A DNA stretch of 64,000 bases, from assembly GCF_006345805.1 (NCBI RefSeq), contig NC_043001.1, forward strand, positions 112,840,001 through 112,904,000. The letters run 5' to 3'. A model generated the notes under the pieces. It worked only from the letters and a program-made list of their open reading frames with translations, searched no databases and had not been told where the DNA came from. The DNA is from Octopus sinensis (Eukaryota). This document shows positions 12,290 through 25,094 of this stretch, in pieces; positions within the stretch are counted from its first letter, which is position 1; the number at the start of each line of letters is the position of its first letter. The translations under genes were made by a program, and so were the position numbers.

Positions 12290-13087
12290 ATACTATACGT
12301 TCGTCGAATCTGCGCTTTATACCACCACAGTGTATGGTATTATCAGTAATATTTAACGCGCAACATCATCATCATCACCATTATCTTCGTTGTATGAAAT
12401 AGGTGTTTTGACTTGGAAACTATTATTTCATTGTCCAACTGGATTCCTGGTTTTTTCTTCAGTAATTTTTTTTTCTCAATTTCTGTTACATCCTAAGAAA
12501 TTATTTACTACATACGTACACACTAACACACACACACGTAAAGTTCTGTCATATTTTCCCCCCTCTTTGCTACCACTACCACCATCTCAAACCACCACCA
12601 CCACCACCACCATACCAAATATATATCATCACTCGTGGAACCGCCACTTTCATCATCATCATCATCATTGCCATTCTCCACTGCCCTCTCAGCGTCAGTT
12701 TTATTATACAAACGCCTGGAACCACCACCACTCAACAACGTATCTTTATCAAATTCTGTGTTTTGTGAATGACGATCGTCGTGGCTAATTGTCGAACCAC
12801 CACAGCACCACCACCACCACCACCACCCACCAGCAGCATCATCATCATCATCGTCTTGAAAAAAAATCAACTCCATCCCAGTTATAAATAAGCAAGAAAA
12901 AAAAAATCTAAGGAGAAAAATGACAAGGAAAACCGCAACAAAAACAACAACACACACACCAACAATGAGAAAATATATGTAAAATAGCCCAGTTTTAATC
13001 ACAAGCACTACACAACCAAGCCGAATAATAATCATGCCTCCTTACAGTGGGCACAACGAGAACAACCATAATAATAATAACAACAAC

Positions 13088-13118
<31 letters not shown>

Positions 13119-13417
13119 GTAATGAAGAAGATGACGATGATGATGATGTTATTGTCGATGGTCAGTGAGTATTACCACCACCAACCACCACCACCAACAC
13201 CACGACCCACCCTTTTAGCTGGCAGTTGTTAAGTCTTGTTTCTATTGAAACCTACACACACACACACATACATACACATACACACATACATACACACATA
13301 CACACCCCTATCTTCTACTTCTTCTTCTCTTACTACTTTCTTCATCTGTTGCTGCTGTTGTTGGTGCTGCTGCTGCTGCTTGCTGCTGTCAGTTAAAACT
13401 GGACAGCCTCATTAAAG
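12290..13417 (+). other. Candidate non-coding first exon/5' UTR of a long-intron gene
   Basis: SINE-free, relatively CpG-retaining region rich in (CAC)n/(CAT)n/(AAT)n/(GCT)n, ending at donor AAG|GTATGT (GT at 13418); start position not determinable. Confidence 0.35.
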
Positions 13418-13979
13418 GTATGTCTGTCTTTTCATTCCGATTAAACATACACACACATGCACACACACACACACACATATGCACAGACATTTACTCTCTA
13501 TCTTATCCCCCCACACCCAGAACTTTCCGTTTTTCAAATTCTATATTAACTTTATTTTTGGCTTGACAATAAATGTAATAAAAATATTAACTATCAAAAA
13601 AAAAAAAAAAAGATACAAAAGAACTTAACTATATATTAGTGTGTTTCTATTAATTAATACTGTTAATATTATTCATGTTGATTGCTTTACAAAGAACAAG
13701 AAGAACATAAGTTAAATTAAGGGCTGGTGCTTGCCTTTAAAACCAGTCTTAATATCAAGCAGGGCCTTTCTTTCACCAGGCATTTCTGTTGTGACTGTTT
13801 TCTCCTTATTTATAACACCCAAAGCATTAGCTTTACTTTTTTTTCTTTTATCTTTAAGATGGGTTGGATGTAATTTAAAGGAAATCTGACTCCTATTTCT
13901 AGCAAATCTCTGACCTTGTACTCTCTATCCCCCGTCCCCCTATCAGCTGAGGCCGAATTCCATAACGCCTGTGCATTGA

Positions 13980-14015
<36 letters not shown>

Positions 14016-14141
14016 TATTTAAAATACAGATACAAGAAACAGCATACATACAAACCTAGAGAGAGCATAAGATAGACAATATAGGTTTTCGTTATTTTTA
14101 TATTTTACACTGCCATAGAAACAGACAACTCATATACTGTT

Positions 14142-14184
<43 letters not shown>

Positions 14185-15156
14185 TTCTACTTCTTTCACT
14201 CCGCAGGTATGTCACTATTTCTGTATGTGCTGATACAAAGGTATGTTGTGCCTGGGATTCCATGTACATGCTCCCTCCCGCAAACACACACTATACATAC
14301 TTTCTAAACTCCTACAACTGTATGAGAATTGAACAAATATTCTTGTAATCATATATATATATATATATATTATATATATAATATATATAGAGATATATAT
14401 AGATTATATATAGATATATATTAGATATATATAGATATACTACCATAATTAAAACTGTTGCATATTAATAAACTAACTGAATTTCTTATATTCTTTTAAT
14501 TACTATCACAATAGTTTAGTCCATATGTATGAGCTGTGTATGTGCACATAACACTTATACATGAGTACACACTTATTGAATATGTGTGTGTATTTTTTAC
14601 ACATAGACTTGTCAAGGAAAGGTTAGCCCTGTGTGTGTATTTTATTTGTCTATATTGCTTCCATGTGATGTGTTTGGTCATAAACTTCCTTTCTTTACTC
14701 TGAAACACTCTCCCGTCACCTCAGTAAATAAAGCCAGTCTCTTTTGCAAGATGAACAGAAGGAAGAAATTTGCTTTGGAGAAGAGATAAAAATTGATAAA
14801 AAAAAGAAAGTTCTAAGAAATATAATTTGCTCTATGTTAGACACCCCCATGCCCCCCCCACCGAAGTGAGTAAAAGTACTTTTGTATAAATGCAAGTGTG
14901 TGTGTGTGTGTGTGATGTCCAACCCATTCCAGTATGGAAAATGGATGTTAAATGATGATGATGATAATGATTATATACACCCATGCACCACTGTGCACCC
15001 AAATTCATCCTCGTTACCAGCACCTGCCAGTCTTACATTATCTCTTTCTCTCCTTTTTCACATTCTCTTTCTGTGAGTGAGTGTGTGTGTATGCATTAGT
15101 ATATGTATGTGCACACATATATATGTATATATATATGTTTGTGTATTTGCATACAC

Positions 15157-15194
<38 letters not shown>

Positions 15195-15644
15195 TGGGGG
15201 TGGCTACCAACGTTCTGTTATAGTTATTCAATTCTTTTGAAAGAACAGACCAACATATATACATTATACACGCACATGCAACACAATGTGTACATAGAGG
15301 GATGGGCCTTCATGCAGTGTCCCAGTGTCCATCTACCAAATTTCAGCATCCGTTGATTTTCTAGGAAACACTTGCCTAATATGACATGCAAGTGGCATTG
15401 AACCCAAAAGAAGACGTGAAGCAAACTTGGATACCCATGCACATGTGGGCATTCATGCTTCCTTTCTGCATGGCTTTGCAGTAGTCAACATTGACACTGT
15501 ATGTCTGTGTGTGTGTATCTACGTACATGTAGATATATGCACACACACACACACACACAGATGTATTTGTATTTTGATGTGTGTATACATGTATATATAT
15601 GTAGATGCACACATATGTATACATAAGTATATATATATATATAG

Positions 15645-15681
<37 letters not shown>

Positions 15682-15691
15682 ATATATATAT

Positions 15692-15908
15692 ATCATCATC
15701 ATCGTTTAACGTCTGTTTTCCATGCTAAACGGACGTTAAACGATGATGATGATGATGATATCATCATCATCATCATCATCGTTTAACGTCCGTTCTCATG
15801 CTAGCATGGGTTGGACGGTTCGACCGGGGTTCTGGGAAGCCAGAAGGATGCACCAGGCTCCAGTCTAATCTGGCAATCTTTCTACAGCTGGATGCCCTTC
15901 CTAACGCC

Positions 15909-15911
<3 letters not shown>
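15692..15911. mobile_element. Family D SINE 3' fragments: tail foldback (15692-15759) plus truncated minus copy (15760-15911)
   Basis: CATCATCGTTTAACGTCTGTTT...AAACGGACGTTAAACGATGATG followed by a standard family D 3' end. Confidence 0.85.
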
Positions 15912-15976
<65 letters not shown>

Positions 15977-16069
15977 CTTATGTATACATATATATACTTA
16001 TGTATATATGTATATGTGTGTTTGTGTGTGTGTATGTATATGTGTATATGCATCTAGCTATCTCTATAA

Positions 16070-16930
16070 TTTCCTTCCACTGTCACCACCCATAAGAGTT
16101 ACAGCTGGGATGTGTGTCAGACAAGGAGATTTCATCTCTCTATAGTTCTTTGTCAAATCTTGAAATGGTCATCAGAAACATCACTTGGAAAGGTGATATT
16201 ACCATGAGCAACAAGCTACTAACATACTTCTGATTCACAGTTGTTACCATGCTTATCATAGAAACTTCAGATCAGCTGCAGTCCATTCTGACAATGCCGG
16301 TTACCCAAACTTCAGCAGTTGGCCTCAAAATAAACTGCACAGAAATAAAAATACATGCAATCCCAAAACGTAATATATGAACAAATAATTGTGGGAAACA
16401 ATAAAATTGTGGTAAAGGAGTACTTCTAGGTACACTCAATATATTATATATTTGGAGATATGAATACCGAAATCTCATGCAGATAAGAGAAGGGTGGAGG
16501 GCATTTGCTTTGATTAAAAGATGTGTCCAAATTGCAAATTTCCAACACTCTGCATGCTAATATCTTCATTAACACCGTCCTGTCTGCACTCTTTGTACCC
16601 AACTTAGACATAGGCTATTACAAAAAAGGGAAAACAGTAGCTAGCTACAACATACAAGGTTATGGAAAGTTCCATGTTGGAAGTATTGTGGGTACAAGAA
16701 GAGAGTGGAGTTAATGATGTGACTGCAAAATACCAAATGTGCAATTTACACAGGATTGGACATGCTGCAAAGTTCACAGACAATAGATAGACCAGTGTAG
16801 TAGCTGAGTTGTTTCCAAGTGCATAGAAGAAAGCACTTAGAAGACCTTTAAGATGAGAAAAAGATGACATATGCAAAAAATGTGAGCCCAAATGGAAGAA
16901 GGAAACCATTGTTATGACCTGACCTGTGAT
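16070..16930 (+). mobile_element. Decayed RTE-clade LINE reverse transcriptase ORF fragment
   Basis: Frameshifted translations PIRVTAGMCVRQGDFISL, LEMVIRNITWKG, VGLKINCT, REGWRAF, LHANIFINTVLSAL, VMESSML and IGHAAKFTDNR*TSVVAELFP..KKALRRP follow the RTE motifs GVRQGD, GLKIN, LFNSTVLP, QRAMERSMLG and WAGHVAR..DNRWT...RP in order. Confidence 0.82.
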
Positions 16931-17075
16931 ATATATAGGGACATCTGATAGTCTGGTTGATCAGAATTATGTGTATATATGTATATATATATATATAGTC
17001 AATAAATATTTAAATAAAGAAGAAAATTTGACAAATAATGTATGAGCTTAATGCTTGAAAAGTTGAAATAGTCAT

Positions 17076-17110
17076 CTTAATGTTTCGGACATTAGTCCTT
17101 CATCAGGAAG
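17076..17110 (-). ncRNA. Degenerate minimal hammerhead ribozyme
   Basis: Minus strand CTTC-CTGATGA-A-GGAC(TAAT)GTCC-GAAA-CATT-AAG; core and stem II intact, stem III and stem I weakened. Confidence 0.5.
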
Positions 17111-17639
17111 GAAAATAATCACATCACAGAAGGAGAGGGAGGTATAGAGAAATAGAGAGTGTGTAAAATGCACACCACTTATACACCCATGCGTACATAT
17201 TCCAAAATTAGAAAATAAATAAATAAAGTAAAATAGAATTTGAAAGGAGGTAAGGGATGCAAGCAGAAGGAGAAGGGTTAGAAATTAGGGGTATATTGCT
17301 CAATGGTAAATATTGAGAAGAAAGGAAAGTGGGAAGTATACACACATGTGTCAGTGTTTCTGTCTTGGAGCATGTATATATGTGTGTTTATATCTATATA
17401 TACACACACTCATATATACATAACTTTGTATGTGTGTATACACACATACGCACACGTCACACACAATGAAGTTATTACTGCTTTCGTCTACCAAATTTCC
17501 TCAGTTGGCATTAGTTGAGCCGAGTCTTATACTAGAAGACTTCTATTGTACTGTACATTGGCACCAAATCCAAAACAACTTGATTGTGAAGCAAATTTTT
17601 TAATCATACAGCCTTACCTCTAACACACACACGACAAAT

Positions 17640-17860
17640 GCATGTGTGTGTGTATATATATATATGTACACAGATATATGTGTGTGTGTGTGTATATATA
17701 TATATGTACACAGATATATGTGTGTGTGTGTGTATATATATATATGTACACAGATATATGTGTGTGTGTGTATATATATATATATGTACACAGATATATG
17801 TGTGTGTGGTGTATATATATATATATGTACACAGATATATGTGTGTGTGTTGTGTGTATA
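17640..17860. repeat. ~40-bp minisatellite x5
   Basis: TGTACACAGATA anchors at ~17665, 17705, 17745, 17785 and 17827, separated by (TG)n(TA)n. Confidence 0.9.
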
Positions 17861-18055
17861 ATTAGGTATCTATATGTGTTTGTATGTAATAAGTATATTT
17901 ACGGCATAAATAAATTTAAATACAAAAATCTGACTGGCTTAAATAAGAATACAAGCACATTCTTTCTCTATAATTGACATATGGGGGGAAAAAAAGGTGG
18001 GAGTCTCCTTACAGACTGTTTCAGTTTGACTGCTCCTCAGAGTAGCTCCTGGCTT

Positions 18056-18138
18056 AGCACGGATCAGCTGTTTATAAAATGGTCAGTTATAAATTAGACT
18101 AGCACCATTGTAAATAGGCTAATTTGCGTATTTGTGCT
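18056..18138 (+). ncRNA. Candidate miR-29-family pre-miRNA (predicted 3p mature 18100-18121 TAGCACCATTGTAAATAGGCTA)
   Basis: miR-29 5' end TAGCACCATT on the 3' arm of a bulged hairpin pairing with GCTGTTTATAAAATGGTCAGT (18067-18087), ~12-nt loop and basal stem extension; lies in unique sequence. Confidence 0.5.
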
Positions 18139-18829
18139 TTAATTAATTATACAGTATCTATGCATCTAGCTCTGTGTGTGTGTGTGTGTGTATAATGTAT
18201 ACATATGTATACACGTGTGTGCACATACATCCGTTTACAATTATAGACATGCATACATTCATGTGTATGTATGTGTGTGTGTGTGTGTGTGTATACACAC
18301 ACTGATGTCCATAAATATTTACATATATACACACATGCTTGTATGTGAAGTTATGATTATGTTTTGCTAGTATACAAATCTGTAGTTTTTTTTCTTTTGT
18401 TAGAAGTATAGCATCTCCATTGGCAGCAGCCAGTTGGTGTGTAGAACAATACCTCTTCCTATTAGTTGCCTGTAAGCATCAGTAACATGAACAAATCCAC
18501 AATTCTAGAGGCTATATGATGAGAACAGTCATCATCATAAGTGTTCGTATTTAAAAGTTGCTTAGTTCCAAGCTTATATATTCTTCAGATAGTCTTTTCC
18601 GTTTTTTTTTTTTTTTCGTTTTCACGGAGTTATTTTCTTTGGCGTTTACACATAGAACACTGAGATTTTCCAAGGAATCCTCTCTTTTTCTTTTATATAC
18701 CTGTCAGTTTTCCGTACGCATTCACACACACACACATACACACACACATGCACACACATATGTAGAGGTATGTGTATGTGTATGTTTAAGTATGTATGTA
18801 TGCATGTATATTTATATATTTGTGTATAT

Positions 18830-18951
18830 ATCACCGTGATCACCGTGACCGACCAGGCTATCAGATGTTGTTACACATCGCTGGTCACAATGCGCTTCAC
18901 ATTGTTTTAGCCTTCAAATGACGCCACCCCGCTGGCTAAGCGAGCAGGCCA
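18830..18951 (-). mobile_element. Family C tail type 2 fragment (5'-truncated SINE or partner LINE 3' end)
   Basis: Reverse complement of 34233-34352, ending (GATCACGGT)n. Confidence 0.85.
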
Positions 18952-18958
18952 TATTGTG

Positions 18959-18992
<34 letters not shown>

Positions 18993-19734
18993 ATATATAT
19001 ATCTAGTGTGTGTACATAATATAAATACATAGTGGCTAGCAATTTATTTATGATCCATATGTATATACAGATTACATGTGTAGTTGTAATAGGGGCACAC
19101 TCATGCATGCACACAAGTGTGTGTGTGTGTGTGTGTGTGTAATTGTGCAAGTGCTCCCAAGTTCATTTCTGAATCTGATATGAGACAGAACAAACATGAT
19201 GGAAGAAACTTTGGTTAGTTTGGAATTGCTCTTCATAAACAATGACTGTTAATGTGATGTTTTAAAGGTTTGCTGCCGAGGTTTCCTTGCAAGAGATGTT
19301 TAATAATGTGTACAGGCGCACACAATCACATGCACAGCTACATAACTTTGTGCTCTTGGCCCTCACATTCTCATTCTCTCTCTCTCTCTCTGTCTCTCTC
19401 CCTTATGGTTATCACCCCATCTGTTTTATGTGTCTATCTATCTTTCCTTGAATAGTATTAGATTTATCTTTCTTTCCGGTTTCACAGTTTAATGAGAAGA
19501 ATTAAACTTCAAAGGAATTTTTGTTTTTAAAGATTTATAAAAGCCTGCTGCTACGCTCATAATGTACACAACACACATTCATACATACAGTCCCACACAC
19601 ACAGACACAGTCTGCTAGATCCTAAAAAAATTAAGGTCCACTGTTGAATTCTGTTGGGTTAAAGTATGCATTGTTGTGTGCATGTTAGATTAAATACCAA
19701 TTATTATTAATTAAAATAATAATAATAATAATCC

Positions 19735-19950
19735 TTTGTACTATAGGCGTAAGGCTTGAATTTTCAGGGAGGGTGCCAGTCAAATTATACCAGCTTCCGT
19801 GCTTAACTGCTACTTATTTCATTGACCCTGAAAGGATGAGAGGCAAAGTTGACCTCAGCAGAATTTGAACTCGGGGAAATAAAGACAGATGAAATGTTGC
19901 TAATCATTTTGTCTGGCATGCTAATGATTCTGCCAGCTCCCTTCCCTTAA
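19735..19950 (-). mobile_element. Family B SINE, degenerate
   Basis: GACCCTGAAAGGATGAGAGGCAAAGTTGACCTCAGCAGAATTTGAAC...TCTGCCAGCTC. Confidence 0.8.
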
Positions 19951-20429
19951 TGATGATGATGATAGTAATAAAGCAATTTATATATTTAGAGAGTTAAGTA
20001 AATTGTAAACCATCAAGATGCTGGCGTGTTCATACAAGTTTCTTTTTTCGGTAAGCCACCCATCCCACTGACAGTTGGCATAGTCTTCTTCTAAGTCTGG
20101 TTAACTTTTTATTTTTGCTCTGCTCATCTGTAGTCAATGCTACAATGTCAGTTCGTGTATTAAGTTCACCTAGGGATCATTTTCAGAGGAGTGTGTGTGT
20201 TTGTATGTTGGTGCTTTCTAACCTTTGTGTTGGAAAATAGATTACAACTATGTCGTGGGAGGTGAGAATATTTTTATCTCTGTTTTTTTTTTTTACTTTT
20301 TCAAATTGAAAATGGACCAGCAATTAACTATTTTGACTGCATGCATGTATGTGGGTGTGCATGCAAGCGTGCATGTGTGGTGTGTGTGTATGCACGTGTG
20401 GTGTCTTTGTGTCTGTGTTTGTATGCCAT

Positions 20430-20642
20430 CACTGCTTGACGACCGATGTTGGTGTGTGTTTACATTCCTGTAACTTAGTGGTTTGGCAAAAAGAGACCAA
20501 TAAAATAAGTACCTGACTTACAAAAAAAAAAAAGAAGTAGGAAAAAACAAGTACTGGGTTTGATTTGTGTGATTAAAAATTCTTCAAAGATGTGACCCTG
20601 CGGCACCGCTTTCTAATGACTGAAACATGTAAAAGATACAAG
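20430..20642 (+). mobile_element. Family A SINE 3' half, degenerate
   Basis: GCTTGACGACCGATGTTGGTGTG...AATGACTGAAACATGTAAAAGA. Confidence 0.7.
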
Positions 20643-21219
20643 ATACTTTTAAATGAAAACCTAAATACATTTAATTTCAGGATTATATAGCGAAAAGTTT
20701 ATATAGAAAAATATATATTTATATTGTTTTCTCAGTTTTAGTTGGCACAAGCATCACCAACCATAAAAGGCTGGAAAGAACTGTTGTATATGATATATAT
20801 ACCTACGTGCGTATTAAGAGAGATATATGTATGTATGTGTGCAAGCCTGCATAAACTCAAACACTCTCGCAGTGCATACTTAGAAAGAATTGCTACATAA
20901 ATAATCAGTTCTTAACTATATATATGACTGTTTAACTTTTAATAATGTTAGCTGCAAAGAAATATACACGCCTTCATCTTTGCCATGTTTCGTATCAAAG
21001 AGAAAGATAATGAATAGACAGATAGAAAGCCATTATATAGGATCTGTGAAACATTTTAAATAACTCCATAGATGCTTTATGTGCATATATATATGCACGG
21101 CTGGCTGTCGTTAAGTTGTCATTATACTACAGGCTAAATACCCCTTTAAAATTGCTGAGCTGGGTATCTTCATATCTTCATTTCCATTACTCATCATCAT
21201 ACCTTGTTAGGAACTGATA

Positions 21220-21256
<37 letters not shown>

Positions 21257-21575
21257 TTCTTCTTCTTCTCTCTCACTTAAAGATCTGAAAGTAACTATAA
21301 ACCTTGTATGTCTTAAATCTTTCTCCTATCTTAAAGAAACACTTCTAGAAAGTTCTTTACTGGTATTGAAATTCTCACAACTGACTAAGCTATACTTGGT
21401 CTCTCTTTCTCCCTCCCTCTCTCTCTCTCTCACTCCCTCTCCCTCTCTTTTGTTTTCTCTCTTTCTCTATTCATTTATTCTTGGTTTCTCTCTTTCTCTC
21501 TCTCTCACACATTCACTTTATGATTGTCTTTCTACTACTTATGTTTATCTTTTCTTTCTCTCTCATTTATACATA

Positions 21576-21623
<48 letters not shown>

Positions 21624-21685
21624 GCTTGTCTTTCTCTATTTTTTCAAAAAATTACTTATTGGACATTCTTTTCCTGTTTTCATTG

Positions 21686-21728
<43 letters not shown>

Positions 21729-21838
21729 CCTTTTAAGTAAAATGTTTTATTTCTTAAAAGATTTTCTTCTACTTTTCTATTGAGTTTTCTGTTTCAATCC
21801 TCCTGTAGGGCATCTTTCTGTGTTTATATATATATATA

Positions 21839-22221
21839 GGCGCAGGGGTGGCTGTGTGGTAAGTAGCTTGCTAACCAACCACATGGTTCCGGGTTCAGTC
21901 CCACTGCGTGGCATCTTGGGAAAGTGCCTTCTGCTATAGCCACGGGCCGACCAATGCCTTGTGAGTGGATTTGGTAGACGGAAACTGAAAGAAGCCTGTC
22001 GTATATATGTATATATATATATGTTTTCCCGTTTGGATTAAGATTATATATATATATATATGTAGGTGTGTGTTTGTCTCCCTAGCATTGCTTGACAACC
22101 GATACTGGTGTGTTTACTTCCCCGTCACAAAGAATAAATCCCAGGGTCGATTTGCTCGACTAAAGGCAGTGCTCCAGCATAGCTGCAGTCAAATGACTGA
22201 AACAAGTAAAAGAGTAAAAGA
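21839..22221 (+). mobile_element. Family A SINE with internal deletion
   Basis: Full head and TAAAAGAG tail; the LTTAGCGG-to-GCTT segment (CTTAGCGG...GGCTT, ~50 bp) present in other copies is missing at ~22126. Confidence 0.9.
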
Positions 22222-24622
22222 GTATATGTATATATATATATATATAACTCTTCATGAGCACACTGTGTACCATTCTCAATAACTCAACCACCCATTGCCA
22301 CTTCCTCTTCCTCCTCCTCCTGCTATCTCTATGTATATAGGCATGCAGTAGAGAGTACAATTCAGAATTTAGTTCGATAACTTGTTAGATTTCATCCTAT
22401 CTCTTATGTCAAAAGGTTTCTTATTTTCTTGTTATACTAAATTTGCAAGATTTCAACCATCTTATACATTCACACACATACACACACATTCTCTCTGCTT
22501 TCTTTTATTATACCAAATAATAATAATGATAATAATAATAATAATAATAATGATGATAATAATATAAATAATGCTATAGTAATGATATAGTGATAATATT
22601 GACATATACGTGCATGGTAAGGATTTTTTAAAAGGATATCATTCTTGACAACCGATCATAAAATTGGAAGTGGAAAAAGGGAAATTAAATTGTGTTTTTT
22701 TTTGCGAGTGCGATTTTTACTGTTTTGATAAAAGTTGTTCTGACTTTCAATCCAGACAGGTGCCAATCGAATCTAGTCAGGTGCTGGCTCCTATCTCTTA
22801 TCTCTCACCCATTTGTCTTCAGTCAAACTCTCTCCGTAATTACAGCAGCAGCATTCATACATCTTGCGAGAATGTTTGTTGAATAAACTGAATATTATTT
22901 CTACAAGTCTATTCATACAATAAGTTGTATCACATATCATACACTAATGCTTAACGCTACGCATTAGCTACTGCATGTATCATAAGGTAGTTGGTTGGCA
23001 TCACATTCTAACTGCACATGAAGTTTATGTACAATCATCTCTTTCAAAACTATTTTCTTCTCTCTATTTTTCTCTCTTCTCGTTCTCCTTCCTCTCCTCT
23101 AAATATCTTGCTCTCCTCATTTCTCTCTCATTTTTATTGTTTTTGTTTCTATTCTTATTATTCTGAATTGACATTTTATTTTTAATTATTGTTCCTTTCT
23201 ATTTCGGTTGATCCGATTCATTTCCATGTTCCAGCCACCTGTTGTTTGTTTGTCATTCGATGGGTTGCTGCGATCCATGGTTGGGCAGTCTCTCTCTACT
23301 ACTAGTTATTTATAATTCATTAGTTTAGTTATCTTCTGTTATCGGGTTGTCCTAGCTATGTCGTAACTAAATTCAACTTGGTCAGGTCTCACGTTGACTT
23401 GTTTTAGGGGTTGTTGAGGTCAGATACAGTGTTGTCAGTCACCCGTACAATTTATAACTAGTTTGGAATGTCATATAATCAGATTTCAAATCTTATCAAA
23501 TTTGCCTTTTTGTAAATAGGTAAAAAGTATCAGTAAATTATTCTGGTCGTCATAATATCATCAATACTCATTTGCCCTTACAAAAATGTGTAAAGTCTTC
23601 TGTATAAAGTTAAAAAACAAAGTGTTTATTCAAGAATTTATTGTTAGTAAAATGTAATTAGTAAATAGTTTTCTACATATAAGGTGCATTGGGAATAAAA
23701 GGAATTAAATTTATCGCGAAATACTGACAATAAAAAAAAATGGAAAAGAAATAGTAAAAAAATAATTGTTTTAGCAGTGCTCCAGCATGGCCTTAACTGT
23801 GCTGGTTAAAGCAAACTAATGAACTTCAGAATGAAAAAAAAGAAAGAAAAAAGAAAGATGGAAATAAAACAGTTTTTCATTTTGTCCACCACCAACTTCT
23901 TCCACTACTTATAAACCAACCAACCAACCAACAACCAACCAACTTCACCAATCAATCAATCAATCATTTATTACTTTACTGGTCAGCAGCCAAGTCAGAC
24001 ATGAATGACATCATGCTAACCAATATTAACTTCCCCCCCACCCCCACATACTGTAATCCTCATTTTGTGTACTGACTGTTTTTGTTTTTGTCTTAGTATT
24101 TTTTGTCAACTCTTAGAGAGAGTGGTAGCCTTAACAAACTTACTCTGCTTATTGAGGAAAAAGAAAAAAAAAAAAGAAGAAAAAATACAGCAACAAACAG
24201 CGCACGCACGCACCCCTTTAACTCATTCACCCCTTCCTCTTCCGAGGATGTCTGAATGACCTGTGTATGGTAACATCAAAAGAACCCCTTACAAACACAT
24301 ACCCCTTCTGCAATCATACATCACTGTATTAATGATTTCCTTCTTTATATGAACTTCCAACATTCTTTACTGAGACCCTTCCCCTCTTGCCACTGCTACA
24401 TGTACACCCATTCCACTTTACGTTTCCTTTTTTCGTAAGAATCTTCCACAACATTCTCATTATTTATCATCATCATCATCATCATACTATTTTCATTTAC
24501 TTATTTTATTAATTTTTTTTTTTCCTCCACCTTATTACCTATTATCGTGTATCCTTTTTTGTTGTTATTTGTTATTGATTAATTTTTCTGCCTGCTGCTA
24601 GCTTTCACAAAGTTTTGTTCAG

Positions 24623-24961
24623 GTGTGGACAAATTACTACAAGCACACTTGTTGCATGTGGCTGAAAATCAACATGTCGGTGGTGCATATAGATCCTCAG
24701 TTAGCAGGGAATGATCTCGTTTCCTTACATGCCTCCATCCATAGATGATATTCAATTATCTGTTTATATATAATTAAAGAAAAAAGTTGAAGTGAGAAAA
24801 AAAAAATATATACGGGCAAAAAAAAAAAAAGAATTAAAAAAATCTGGAAGGAAGTCACCGTGTTCTTGTGTTCCCTTGGAGTTTGCAACTATGTTATGTT
24901 ACTTAAGGTGGAAATAACAGGTGGAAACTGTACATAATTTGTTACCGGCATGTACCACCAG
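24623..24961 (+). other. Candidate exon ending ATG TAC CAC CAG (MYHQ) at a strong donor
   Basis: Possible acceptor TTTTGTTCAG at 24622 and donor CAG|GTAAGA at 24962; unique sequence; protein not recognised. Confidence 0.35.
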
Positions 24962-25094
24962 GTAAGAAGAAATTGTTACACTTTGGCAACTTACCTGCTC
25001 CCCCTGTCCATTTACTTTCAAGTTTATTATTTACTATATTTTTCATAAAAGTACTCTTAAATAAACAAAAGAAATTGTTGATGTTGTGATAGAG

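Noticed and set aside
13718-13752. Hairpin TTAAGGGCTGGT...ACCAGTCTTAA
   Set aside because: About 11-bp stem, too short for a pre-miRNA and expected by chance.
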